Positions 20,015 through 29,181 of a stretch of DNA of 37,016 nucleotides are shown here, piece after piece; the stretch's first letter is position 1, and each line of letters starts with the position of its first letter. Source of the stretch: a virus (taxonomy: Duplodnaviria > Caudoviricetes); IMG/VR virus record IMGVR_UViG_3300025132_000119, positions 1 to 37,016 of that record, one strand, 5' to 3'. Both the position numbers and the translations under genes were made by a program. The notes under the pieces are model-generated. The model saw only the letters and a program-made list of their open reading frames with translations, had not been told where the DNA came from and ran no database searches.

Positions 20015-21670
20015 TTATCTCCTACCTGATGGGTAATAGTCTACATATATTCCGTTTATTATAAAATTATCTGCTGATTCTGCTTGTATTGTAAAACTAA
20101 CATTATGACCACTACCTTGTACTGGTTGTTTCTCAGAAGATTTTTTTGGTGAACTAAATATATTAGTTCCAAAAACTGCTGTACCAAATAATGAAGGAGC
20201 AGTTAAAGTATTCATAGTATACGTGGGTGGCTGTAATGTATCTGTATCTCCATTATCAAAATTTATTGATAACTTAGGAGTTACTGTTCCTTCTGCTTTT
20301 ACATCTAGTTTTACAAAGTTTAAAGTTTTTCTAGTTGCTAAATCTCCAAAATCTAAATGTGGAGTTGTGTATGAACATTCTATATCTACACTAGCACCTG
20401 CTAATTTAAAAACACTTGAAGTATCGTTATCTGAATTAATAATATAGCCATCATTAGTTCCATGAAAAGTTGATTCAATTCCTAAATGATTAAATGCTGT
20501 TGCAGTACAAGTTGCTTGAAATCCATGTATCTCAGACCATGCAAAACCACTTTTAGTTAATGTACCTATTATTCCTTTGCCTAATGATTCTGCTTCTGAT
20601 AAGTTAGAATAGTATAGTCTGTATTGATTTTTACGTCTAATTACTGTACTTCTAATTGTTAAATTATTTATATTATTAACTATATCATCTACTATTAAAG
20701 GTTGTATTTGTCTACTTACAGAACCTAATTCTGTATCACCTATTTTTTCTGTAGCTGCTAAAGTTCTAATTCCATCAGGAGCTAAGAAAACTAAGTCTCC
20801 TCCTATTTCTTGAATACTATCACCTGATAAACAGCCTACTTGTTTTGTAATAGGAACAACTGCTACATTGTTAGAATCGTTAATATTAATTAATTTATGA
20901 ATACTATCTTCACAAAAAATAATTATATCGCCTCTAAAGCTTTTTAATCCTACTACTTTATCTTCTAATGTTACAGATCCACCATTTCCAAAATCATCTA
21001 TATCATTAGCTTCTGAATAAAAAACTGTATTAGGATTAGATGTGTCTCCACTGGTAACTAATCTATTTTCATGTATAATTCCAAATGCAGGATTTGTTCC
21101 TGCTATTGTACCTGTATTTACAGTTATTGTAGTTACCCAATATGTTTTAGCTGTATGCTCTCCTGCTGCAGAAGCTTTAAAATGTAATGGAGCATTTACT
21201 CCATCAAATATTACAATTTCTGGATCTAATGCAGTTTCATATATTGTAAACTTTACATTGTCTTGACTTGTTCTAGCTGCAACACTTAATGCAGAAAAAT
21301 CAGTATAATTATTACCACCAGAAGCTGCAGGTACTACACCTCCAGATCTATTTATTTTTAACCATGTATCACTATCATGAGTACCATCAGATAATGTTGA
21401 ATCAGCAAGATAAATATCTGTACCAACAGCAGCTATAGCTCCACCATTTGTATAAGGAGTTATACCATGAATTTTTGTAGCTATACTATTAATACGACCT
21501 GCTGCTACTATTTCATGCCCACTAATTCTTCTATAGCCTCCATCAGAGTCTACTTCAAAGTTTATTAAGTCTACTGCTGTTCCTGCTTGTTGTTGTGCTA
21601 AAACAAATTGACTTTGATTTATGTCTAAGCCACCTTGACAAGCAAAACCATATGGTTGTGTTTGAGCCAT
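20015..21670 (-). CDS. Tail nozzle / DNA stabilization protein (P22 gp10 / T7 gp12-like)
   Basis: 551 aa, beta-propeller-like (GCLSGDSIQEIGGDLVFLAPDGIRTL); follows adaptor. Confidence 0.75.
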   Translation of the reverse strand: MAQTQPYGFACQGGLDINQSQFVLAQQQAGTAVDLINFEVDSDGGYRRISGHEIVAAGRINSIATKIHGITPYTNGGAIAAVGTDIYLADSTLSDGTHDSDTWLKINRSGGVVPAASGGNNYTDFSALSVAARTSQDNVKFTIYETALDPEIVIFDGVNAPLHFKASAAGEHTAKTYWVTTITVNTGTIAGTNPAFGIIHENRLVTSGDTSNPNTVFYSEANDIDDFGNGGSVTLEDKVVGLKSFRGDIIIFCEDSIHKLININDSNNVAVVPITKQVGCLSGDSIQEIGGDLVFLAPDGIRTLAATEKIGDTELGSVSRQIQPLIVDDIVNNINNLTIRSTVIRRKNQYRLYYSNLSEAESLGKGIIGTLTKSGFAWSEIHGFQATCTATAFNHLGIESTFHGTNDGYIINSDNDTSSVFKLAGASVDIECSYTTPHLDFGDLATRKTLNFVKLDVKAEGTVTPKLSINFDNGDTDTLQPPTYTMNTLTAPSLFGTAVFGTNIFSSPKKSSEKQPVQGSGHNVSFTIQAESADNFIINGIYVDYYPSGRR

Positions 21671-21671
21671 C

Positions 21672-22442
21672 TTAAATGAATCTCACTCTATCATCTGTTA
21701 TATAAGTAGGTACAGGCTCTAATAAATTAGAACGCATTTGATCATATAATCTTTTGTAATCGTCTAATGCAAAAGCTGCTTGTTGCGGAGCATCTTTGAA
21801 CTGCCACATATAATATCTTGCTTTTGCTAAAAGCACATTAGCGTACATATCTGGAAAAACTATAGTATCACTATGTGCTGATAATCTTGTTGGTTGATTC
21901 CAAGCATAAAACCATACTCTATATACTTTATCTGGTATTGGGCTAAGACCAAACTTTCTTGCATCAGGACTTCTTAGTACATGAGTAGGCACTCCACCTA
22001 CTGCTTGATCTGCATCATCTCTATTTTCTTGATCTCTTCTATGTCTTGTCCAATCTTCTAAAGTTAAAAAATTTAAACTTTTAGAAGTAAATGGAGCAGT
22101 TTCTCCTGCTACACCTACAGTCGTAACATGAAAATTATCCCAATCTATTGAACCATAATCATCTATTATATTTGAACTAGATTCTTTTAATTCATACCAT
22201 CTAGTTCCTGCTACAGTTTCTACATATACATTACCATACATAGGATCTGTTGTACCACTTTCACCTGCAGATAAAAAAGGTAATTGTGGTTCATCAATAA
22301 TAATATCCATGTATGCTCTATTTACACAATCTTTAATGTGTTGAGAAATACCTACTGCTTCTGAAAAAGTATTAGAATCTAAAGGTACTTCATTTAATTC
22401 ACGAAGCAATTCATTTGTTAGTTGTAGATATGTTGTAGCCAT
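21672..22442 (-). CDS. Head-tail adaptor (tail tubular protein A-like)
   Basis: TYLQLTNELLRELNE..VNRA..LSPIPDKVY; position. Confidence 0.75.
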   Translation of the reverse strand: MATTYLQLTNELLRELNEVPLDSNTFSEAVGISQHIKDCVNRAYMDIIIDEPQLPFLSAGESGTTDPMYGNVYVETVAGTRWYELKESSSNIIDDYGSIDWDNFHVTTVGVAGETAPFTSKSLNFLTLEDWTRHRRDQENRDDADQAVGGVPTHVLRSPDARKFGLSPIPDKVYRVWFYAWNQPTRLSAHSDTIVFPDMYANVLLAKARYYMWQFKDAPQQAAFALDDYKRLYDQMRSNLLEPVPTYITDDRVRFI

Positions 22443-22455
22443 ATATTATATACCT

Positions 22456-22704
22456 TTATTTGTCTTCTTTACGTTGACTTGATTCTTGATAGCCTGCCAT
22501 TGAATTACATTTTTTTTCCATATCTCTAATAGATGCAAAGCCACCATGACCATACATCATGCGACCACCACCCATTTTTTCTACTCTGCCACCATGCATC
22601 ATTTTTCCTTTGCCATCAGCAGCATAAAAAGGTACACGCTTACCATCTTTTTCTACCATTTTAAGTTTGCCACCATCAGCCATTTTCTTTTTGTCGTACA
22701 TCAT
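22456..22704 (-). CDS. 82-aa Met/Gly/Lys-rich protein with four xxGG motifs
   Basis: GGAGG RBS before MMYDKKK (start corrected from 22767). Confidence 0.75.
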   Translation of the reverse strand: MMYDKKKMADGGKLKMVEKDGKRVPFYAADGKGKMMHGGRVEKMGGGRMMYGHGGFASIRDMEKKCNSMAGYQESSQRKEDK

Positions 22705-22843
22705 TTTTAGATCCTCCAAAAATTTTGTCATAATTATCATTATAGTTTTTTCTAGCTTCACCACCATAAACAGAACTATTTATTCTTACTGTTCCTTTAT
22801 GACCTAATCTTACTGGTTTTCCTGTTGTTCCTATTTGACTCAT
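22676..22843 (-). CDS. 55-aa hypothetical protein
   Basis: GGAG RBS before MSQIG (start corrected from 22885); YNDNYDKIFG. Confidence 0.65.
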   Translation of the reverse strand: MSQIGTTGKPVRLGHKGTVRINSSVYGGEARKNYNDNYDKIFGGSKNDVRQKENG

Positions 22844-22853
22844 GTAAATCTCC

Positions 22854-22885
22854 AATAAAACAAGAGGGGTTTTTACACCCCTCAA
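22854..22885 (-). terminator. Rho-independent terminator after major capsid gene
   Basis: GAGGGGT-GTAAAA-ACCCCTC followed by TTGTTTT. Confidence 0.8.
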
Positions 22886-22900
22886 GTTAATTACCTAATA

Positions 22901-23896
22901 TTAGTCTGTGCTATAGAAAGCTTTAACTAATGCTTCTTTACGTAATACACTTGCACCATAAACATGAAGACCTCTAACAATATCACCAAAGCTAGAAGGA
23001 TCACGAATGACCTCAGTATTTACGATAGTTTGTGCAGTTGCAGTAGCAGAAACATGACCTGCTAATACTTGTTTAACTACACCACCTGTTGAAGTAGCAG
23101 GAATGTTATTAGACTTATACATTTCAAAGCCACGTAATTTTCCAGAACTAACTAGACCATTACGAATAGAGCCTTGACCTGCATTGAAGTCTACAGACAA
23201 CAATTTAGAACCTGACTGACTTAACTCTTCATAAAAATCAGGAGATGCTACAAAGAATCTTCCTTCTTCTGGTACATTAGCTTCGTCAAGTAAACGAGCC
23301 ATACGTGCTAAAAGATCAAGAGGATCTGTTTCGCCAGAATCAAAACCTAAATCAACTGGAGAAGAAGCACTATCCAAAGTAGAGTTATTGTTATGAGCTG
23401 CATCAGCACCTAAGATGTGGTCAGTACTTGCTTGACCATCACCAAAGCGAGTAAAGTTTCCATCAGCACCTGCAAGCATTTCTGTAATTACACCTGTATC
23501 AAATGCATCACGTAATGCATAAGCTGCTGAAGATGCTGCTACTTCTTTAAAGTTTACGTGAGACATATTTTCTTCAATGTCATCTACGATAAATTTAAAT
23601 GCGTTAGCTACATCAACTACTAAAGTACTTTCAGTATCTGTTAAAGTAGTTTTAGTAATATCAGCACCACGCTCATACTGATGAACATCAATAGTTGGTT
23701 CTTTAATTATTTTTACTGTATCACCGAAAGATGCAATTTCACCTGCATAGTCAGTGTTTGTTATTGCTTCTGCAACTGAAGCTTTACGGAAAAAGTTTAA
23801 AACCTTTTTCGAATAGACTTCAGGTAAGAAGTTATTTCCTGTGAAGTTACTGCCACTTGATTGGGCAAAGTTCACATCTGATTGGTTAAAAGCCAT
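22901..23896 (-). CDS. Major capsid protein
   Basis: NFLPEVYSKKVL..TNTDYAGEI..GDTVKI..FGDIVRGLHVYG; follows scaffold; terminator downstream. Confidence 0.9.
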   Translation of the reverse strand: MAFNQSDVNFAQSSGSNFTGNNFLPEVYSKKVLNFFRKASVAEAITNTDYAGEIASFGDTVKIIKEPTIDVHQYERGADITKTTLTDTESTLVVDVANAFKFIVDDIEENMSHVNFKEVAASSAAYALRDAFDTGVITEMLAGADGNFTRFGDGQASTDHILGADAAHNNNSTLDSASSPVDLGFDSGETDPLDLLARMARLLDEANVPEEGRFFVASPDFYEELSQSGSKLLSVDFNAGQGSIRNGLVSSGKLRGFEMYKSNNIPATSTGGVVKQVLAGHVSATATAQTIVNTEVIRDPSSFGDIVRGLHVYGASVLRKEALVKAFYSTD

Positions 23897-23937
23897 GATT
23901 AGTTACCTCATTATAAAAAGAATAAAAGTTATAGAAA

Positions 23938-24771
23938 CTAACGTACTCTTCCTTCTCTAACGGCTAGATCAATTTCTTGTTCATATTTGTCATAATCATC
24001 CATAGAAAGAGCGTTAATTTCCTTCCGAGTCCAGATCTTAGGCTCTTTAGTATCTATTGAAGTTGTTCGAGTAGATACCATGTCTGCTGCAGATCCAGTA
24101 GATTGCGACTTACTTGACTTTCTTTTAGAACTATTTGTTTTAATACCATTTTCTAATTTATATAAATCAATAGCTTTGACTGCTAAATTAACATTATCTG
24201 GGTTTTGATAGATCCACTTTTGAATTTCTTCAGGTTGTGATTCTGCCCATGAATGAAAAGCATCACTTCTTTTAAGATCTTCATAATCAGGATGAGCCTG
24301 TTTTAAAGTTGTTTCAGCTTCTCGTTTAGTTATTGCTGCTTCTTTTTGTTCAAGAACAGATAACTTAGCTCGTAAGCCGTCAGTTTCTTCTTGACTTCGA
24401 AGATGAGCTACAGTTTCTACAGTATCATATAGATCGGGATATTGTTGTTTAAACTGTTCAAGATCTTCAGGTGTCTTAGGAGGAGCATAAGATGGTCCTT
24501 CTTTTGATGCCATTAGTTCTTGCTCACGTTGCTTAAATGTAGCAACTTTTTCATCATAATGTTTTTTTAAATCATCATATCGTTTTTTATAATTAGTTCT
24601 TTGTTTTTTTGTTTCTTCTTCTACAGGGGCTTCATTACTGGAGGTAGCCTGTGGTGTATCATCAAAAAATAAAGAATCAGCATCTCCTTTACTAGGTTTA
24701 TCTGGTGTATGCCAAGATTTATTTCTATTATAAGGGTTTGCTGTTGGTTCTTGTTCTGTTTTATCTGTCAT
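23938..24771 (-). CDS. Capsid scaffolding protein
   Basis: YKKRYDDLKKHYD coiled coil; C-terminal EIDLAVREGRVR; directly upstream of MCP. Confidence 0.85.
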   Translation of the reverse strand: MTDKTEQEPTANPYNRNKSWHTPDKPSKGDADSLFFDDTPQATSSNEAPVEEETKKQRTNYKKRYDDLKKHYDEKVATFKQREQELMASKEGPSYAPPKTPEDLEQFKQQYPDLYDTVETVAHLRSQEETDGLRAKLSVLEQKEAAITKREAETTLKQAHPDYEDLKRSDAFHSWAESQPEEIQKWIYQNPDNVNLAVKAIDLYKLENGIKTNSSKRKSSKSQSTGSAADMVSTRTTSIDTKEPKIWTRKEINALSMDDYDKYEQEIDLAVREGRVR

Positions 24772-24779
24772 TGTCGCTC

Positions 24780-24913
24780 TCCTTTTGGGGCTTTTAGTCT
24801 TTCAAGGTGGCTATATTGTTAGCTACACAATATAAGGGCTTGAACTTAAAAGGTCGCCTCTAGGTTAATTATTATTTATGTAAGGGGCTAAAATAAATTT
24901 AGGTAGCCTTACG
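24780..24913 (-). promoter_or_regulatory. Putative structured cis-regulatory leader of scaffold gene
   Basis: Two stem-loops carrying three GCNACC/GCCC internal-loop motifs adjacent to the RBS. Confidence 0.6.
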
Positions 24914-26599
24914 TTATCGTTTTTGCATTTGGCTTGATTGTATCATCATAGAATTAAGTTCTTTATCAATATTATTTTGATTATTATTCATCATAACATT
25001 GCTAGTGCTTGAATCCTGCATCATACCACCAACTGCTTGTTGTTGTCGTTGATCAAAACTTCGTTCAGCATTATCCATTAACATTTGGAGATTATCTGCA
25101 CCAAGTTCTTCAACTGACTTTGCGGTGAATACAAATTCACCATCCGATAACCTAGCAGGTATCGAATCTGATGTTCCAGTGCCCATACCATTTACAGTAC
25201 CTGCACCAGAAAATTCTGTTGCTACATCCATAACTCTATCAAAGATAGTACTTAGTTTTGGATCTTGTTCTAAAGCTTCCATAAGATAATCTTGATCTCT
25301 ATCATTTAAAGCTTCATCAATAATAAATTCTTCATGTTTTTCTTCCATTACATCATCAGGTAGTTGAGAAGCTTTTACTGCTTCCATTTCTTCAGGTGGA
25401 ATATTTGAGTATGTATCTACAGGCATACCACCTTCTTGAAAAGGTTGTCTAACAAAACTTTTAAATTTTTCACCTAATCCTACCATCATTGTTCCTTCTT
25501 TATTTTTTGTTAATGTTTTTGATCCACGAAAAAATTGTTCTCTTTCTTCATCCCCTTCTTCTGCTTGTTCTATTTTTGATTTAGCTTCTTCATTAATATT
25601 ATACATTTTATTATTAAATTCAAACTCAGTTTCATTCTTTACTACAGCTTCAGATACAGCATTTTCAAAAGGAACCACTTCTTCAGGCTGTGGAGGTGTA
25701 GTATTTTCTGCAAACCATATATCAGCAAGAACTGGTGCAGGGACATTTACTTGTTCTATTTGTATTTGTTCTTCTTCTGGATCTTCTCTATCTAATGTTC
25801 TAGGTCTACGCTCTTCTTGTTCTCTAGGCATTGGAGTTTTTCTTTCAGGAGTAGATAATAAAGTTTCTTCTGAAGGTCCTCTGTTTATTTCATTAACATC
25901 ATCTTTAGCTGCTTGAAGTAATGAATCAGCTCCTTTAGCAGCTTCTTGTGCTACTGAGCCTACAGCTTTTTTAGTTCTTTTAGTTTTTTTCATTTTATCA
26001 CCTTCATTTTTTTTATTTTTATCTAAAAATGTTTTATTTATAATTTTTATAATTGAAGGATCATAGATTGTATATTCTAATTCACCTCCTACTTGTTTTA
26101 TTGAAGATCCTCTTGCATCTTTTATAGATCCTTTAATTCCATATTTAGAAAATAATTCATCTGCATCTTTTTCTGTTGCTTTTAGAATCTGTCTCCAAAA
26201 TTTAGGTTTATCTAAATTTAAGTCATCTATATTAATATTTTCTTTTTCAATTAAAGTTTTTAATTTTTTTTGTACTTGTTTATTTTGATTATCAAAATTT
26301 TTTCTAACTATTAAGGTTTCGTTATCTTTTAAATTTGCTTCTACTTGATATAATAAAGGTTCGCCTTCTTTTTTTCTTTCAATAGCTGCATCTAAATATT
26401 TTTTACCATAAAGTTTTTTAAGTTCAAAAGGAGTAATTTTAGCGTAACTTTCAGCTACTTTTTTATCAGGAGTAAATGAAAAACCTTTTCCAAAAGCTGT
26501 TTCAGTAGCATATTTAGAATCAAAAGATTTAAAATCTTTTTTAGCTCCATGAAAAAGTTTTACTGCTCCTTTAGCTAAAAGAGTACCTGCTCCTGACAT
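24914..26599 (-). CDS. Fusion of N-terminal ADP-ribosyltransferase-like domain with a head-module protein (GTGTSDSIPARLSDGEFV domain; protease candidate)
   Basis: LFHG..F..FD..FGKGFSFT..AESYA..YTIYDP; between portal and scaffold; possible internal start at 25993. Confidence 0.65.
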   Translation of the reverse strand: MSGAGTLLAKGAVKLFHGAKKDFKSFDSKYATETAFGKGFSFTPDKKVAESYAKITPFELKKLYGKKYLDAAIERKKEGEPLLYQVEANLKDNETLIVRKNFDNQNKQVQKKLKTLIEKENINIDDLNLDKPKFWRQILKATEKDADELFSKYGIKGSIKDARGSSIKQVGGELEYTIYDPSIIKIINKTFLDKNKKNEGDKMKKTKRTKKAVGSVAQEAAKGADSLLQAAKDDVNEINRGPSEETLLSTPERKTPMPREQEERRPRTLDREDPEEEQIQIEQVNVPAPVLADIWFAENTTPPQPEEVVPFENAVSEAVVKNETEFEFNNKMYNINEEAKSKIEQAEEGDEEREQFFRGSKTLTKNKEGTMMVGLGEKFKSFVRQPFQEGGMPVDTYSNIPPEEMEAVKASQLPDDVMEEKHEEFIIDEALNDRDQDYLMEALEQDPKLSTIFDRVMDVATEFSGAGTVNGMGTGTSDSIPARLSDGEFVFTAKSVEELGADNLQMLMDNAERSFDQRQQQAVGGMMQDSSTSNVMMNNNQNNIDKELNSMMIQSSQMQKR

Positions 26600-26602
26600 T
26601 TT

Positions 26603-26833
26603 TTATTCCTCTATTCTTTTTCGAGCTTCTATACTTTGTTCTCTTAATGTTAATAGTTTATCCAGAGAATTCACTCTCCCCTGCCTGCGGAACATTTCCT
26701 GTTCCGATGTTGCCACCACCAGTGCCTGTAACTCCAACGTCTTGAGGTTGTTCAGGTGCTCCTTGAACGCCTCCCATAGCTCCTTGTTGTTCGTTAGGGG
26801 AGACAGCTTGGCTGCCAGTTGCTTGTCCAACAT
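26603..26833 (-). CDS. Small protein downstream of portal
   Basis: GGAG RBS; W..FKEHL..EMFRRQG; overlaps the portal 3' end. Confidence 0.7.
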   Translation of the reverse strand: MLDKQLAAKLSPLTNNKELWEAFKEHLNNLKTLELQALVVATSEQEMFRRQGRVNSLDKLLTLREQSIEARKRIEE

Positions 26834-28829
26834 TTTGTGCTCCTATTATCTGTGCCATGATTGCTGCTTCTTCAGGATCATTTAATATTTCATCTGGATC
26901 TAAATCTAAACTATAAGCAAGCTCACTGACAATTTTAGAGATCTTAACAAACGGAGCAATGGCAGGATTTTGTGCCGTTTGTAAGAACATTGTTAATCTT
27001 TGACTTCGTACTTCTTTCTGCATTAAACTATTTGTACCCATAGCTTTAACTTCTAGATCACCTTGTATATCTATAGGACCTTCAAAGAATTGCATATTCC
27101 ATTGATAATAAGCTTCACCTAATGGTTTAAGTAAGAAATCATCTAAATTCTTTACTACTGTTTTAATATTTAAAGATGCTGCACCTAATAACATAGACAT
27201 ACCTGATGCAGTACGAGTCATAGATTGTACTCCTGTTTGACCATGAGAATAGCTAGGAATACCTGTTTGTTCATCTGCAAGCTGTCTAAACTTATCAAAC
27301 ATCATCATATTTTCTTGTGTAGTATTAGGAAACTTAATTCCATGTATTGCTTGACCACCCATGCCTGCTTGTCTTCTAAAAACTTTACCTGCATAAATAT
27401 CCATAGACTGTCCACCAACTAAAGCAGATTCATCTACATCAAATACTACTGATCCACTTAATGCAAGATTATCAATAGCCATTCTTGCATGACCATTCAT
27501 AATCTGTTGTGAATCATCCATGTTTTCTGCTACACCAATACCAAAGAAACTATAAGGATTCTTTTCGTATGTAAAAGCATTGTAAGGTATTCTATGTGGT
27601 GTAAATGGATTAACTACAGCTCTTAATACTTTACCATTACTTATCCAAGCATTAATTTGAACTTCATCTAAATCATCTACATCTTCAGATAATTCCATTC
27701 CTACTTCACGAGCATACTGAGCATCCATAATTCCCCAGTATTCTAATACTTCGTATTTATCTCCAACGCTTTCTTCGTTTCTTCTATCATCTTTTAATTC
27801 ATATTCATAATCTTTTTCTTCGTAATTACCACCCATTTGTAAACACTCACGAATAGCATCTTTATCAAAGTAAGGCATTTTAGATAATGCACGAAGTTGT
27901 GTTCTATTATATTTATGTCTATGAATTACAAACTCACATTCTTCTACTGTTGTTGCAGTTGGATCAGGAAAGAAATCCCATATACTTACAAACTCTATAC
28001 GAGGAACACGAACTGATACAGGAGTATAAGTACGAGTCTTTGCTGTTTCATCTGTATTCCATTTACCTATTTCTTTATTAAAATTAAATGGACCTTTTAC
28101 TATTCCTGTACCAAATAATGCAGATTCAAATATAGCATTGCGTAACTCACTTGATCCATTTGATTCTTCTATTTGGTCATGGATAAGCTTTTGCATTTTT
28201 CTAGCAGCTTCTTTAGCAGGAGATATTTCTAATGCTTTTGGATCTGGACTTGGACCTTCTTTAAATGTAAGACCTGCTTTTTTTATTTCATCTTCAAAAA
28301 GAGATTCACCTTTAGAAAAAGTAGCCCCTGCTTTTAATACCTTACCATCTCCTTCAAATCCTACATCAAAAGGATTTACCATTTCTTTTTGTTTTTGTTC
28401 AGGCGGAGCTTCGGAACTTTCTATGTCTGAGGGGCTTAAACTTAAATGCTTGTAGGTTTCAATACCTTCTGGAATTTTAGTTTCTGTAACACCTATAGGA
28501 AACTGTCCAGTTCCAAAGATAACATCTACAAGCTGTCCAAAAGCTGCAAGTACTTTTGTTTTAGTTACTTTAATAAATACTTTAGATTTTTCTGATTCAC
28601 GAAACTTAATGTGTTTAGGATATAAGCCTCTAAAGTTATGATAAGCAGTTAGCCATCTTCTTTCATCTTGATCTCTTGCATCTTCTGCTTGTTGATAACG
28701 ATCTTCAATTAAACCTACAAGTCTAGATCTTATGTCGTTTTCTAACTCTAATTGTAATGCAGACTCACCTTCAACAGGTTTAAAATATATTTCATCTGCA
28801 TTTTGCATTAATGAATTTTCTTCTTTCAT
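26658..28829 (-). CDS. Portal protein
   Basis: 723 aa after TerL; SKVFIKVTKTKV, GTGIVKG, WDFFPDP, FGIGVAE, RTASGMSML. Confidence 0.9.
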   Translation of the reverse strand: MKEENSLMQNADEIYFKPVEGESALQLELENDIRSRLVGLIEDRYQQAEDARDQDERRWLTAYHNFRGLYPKHIKFRESEKSKVFIKVTKTKVLAAFGQLVDVIFGTGQFPIGVTETKIPEGIETYKHLSLSPSDIESSEAPPEQKQKEMVNPFDVGFEGDGKVLKAGATFSKGESLFEDEIKKAGLTFKEGPSPDPKALEISPAKEAARKMQKLIHDQIEESNGSSELRNAIFESALFGTGIVKGPFNFNKEIGKWNTDETAKTRTYTPVSVRVPRIEFVSIWDFFPDPTATTVEECEFVIHRHKYNRTQLRALSKMPYFDKDAIRECLQMGGNYEEKDYEYELKDDRRNEESVGDKYEVLEYWGIMDAQYAREVGMELSEDVDDLDEVQINAWISNGKVLRAVVNPFTPHRIPYNAFTYEKNPYSFFGIGVAENMDDSQQIMNGHARMAIDNLALSGSVVFDVDESALVGGQSMDIYAGKVFRRQAGMGGQAIHGIKFPNTTQENMMMFDKFRQLADEQTGIPSYSHGQTGVQSMTRTASGMSMLLGAASLNIKTVVKNLDDFLLKPLGEAYYQWNMQFFEGPIDIQGDLEVKAMGTNSLMQKEVRSQRLTMFLQTAQNPAIAPFVKISKIVSELAYSLDLDPDEILNDPEEAAIMAQIIGAQNVGQATGSQAVSPNEQQGAMGGVQGAPEQPQDVGVTGTGGGNIGTGNVPQAGESEFSG

Positions 28830-28840
28830 TTAATTATCCT

Positions 28841-29179
28841 TTATGGTAATTCTTTAAATATGCTTAGTGTTGCTCGGTCTTTACCTACAGAAGCTGTAAT
28901 TTTTGCATTATTTTTTGTTGTGTGAGTATAGCTAAGTTCTTTATCTTTATATTTAAATTTATTACTTCCATATTTATTTTTAATTCTATCTATACTTCTT
29001 GTTTCAGTAAACCTTAATGGACCATATTTTGCAGTTGCAGAAGCAGATCCAAAATAGTTTCTTTTACCTGATCCTATGCCACCCTCTGCTGATCCACTTA
29101 AACTTATATCTAAATCACCAATAGATTTTTTAGTTACTAGACTTCCTTGATTATATTTCATTCTATTTTGTTTTTTCAT
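28841..29179 (-). CDS. Basic, beta-strand-rich hypothetical protein
   Basis: 112-aa ORF between TerL and portal. Confidence 0.7.
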   Translation of the reverse strand: MKKQNRMKYNQGSLVTKKSIGDLDISLSGSAEGGIGSGKRNYFGSASATAKYGPLRFTETRSIDRIKNKYGSNKFKYKDKELSYTHTTKNNAKITASVGKDRATLSIFKELP

Positions 29180-29181
29180 AA

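Noticed and set aside
588-28455. Plus-strand ORFs inside the late operon (e.g. 588, 864, 3432, 3639, 4916, 7724, 13937, 15634, 18047, 20223, 21042, 27225, 27887, 28138)
   Set aside because: Antisense shadows of well-supported genes, with Ser/Phe/Leu-rich composition
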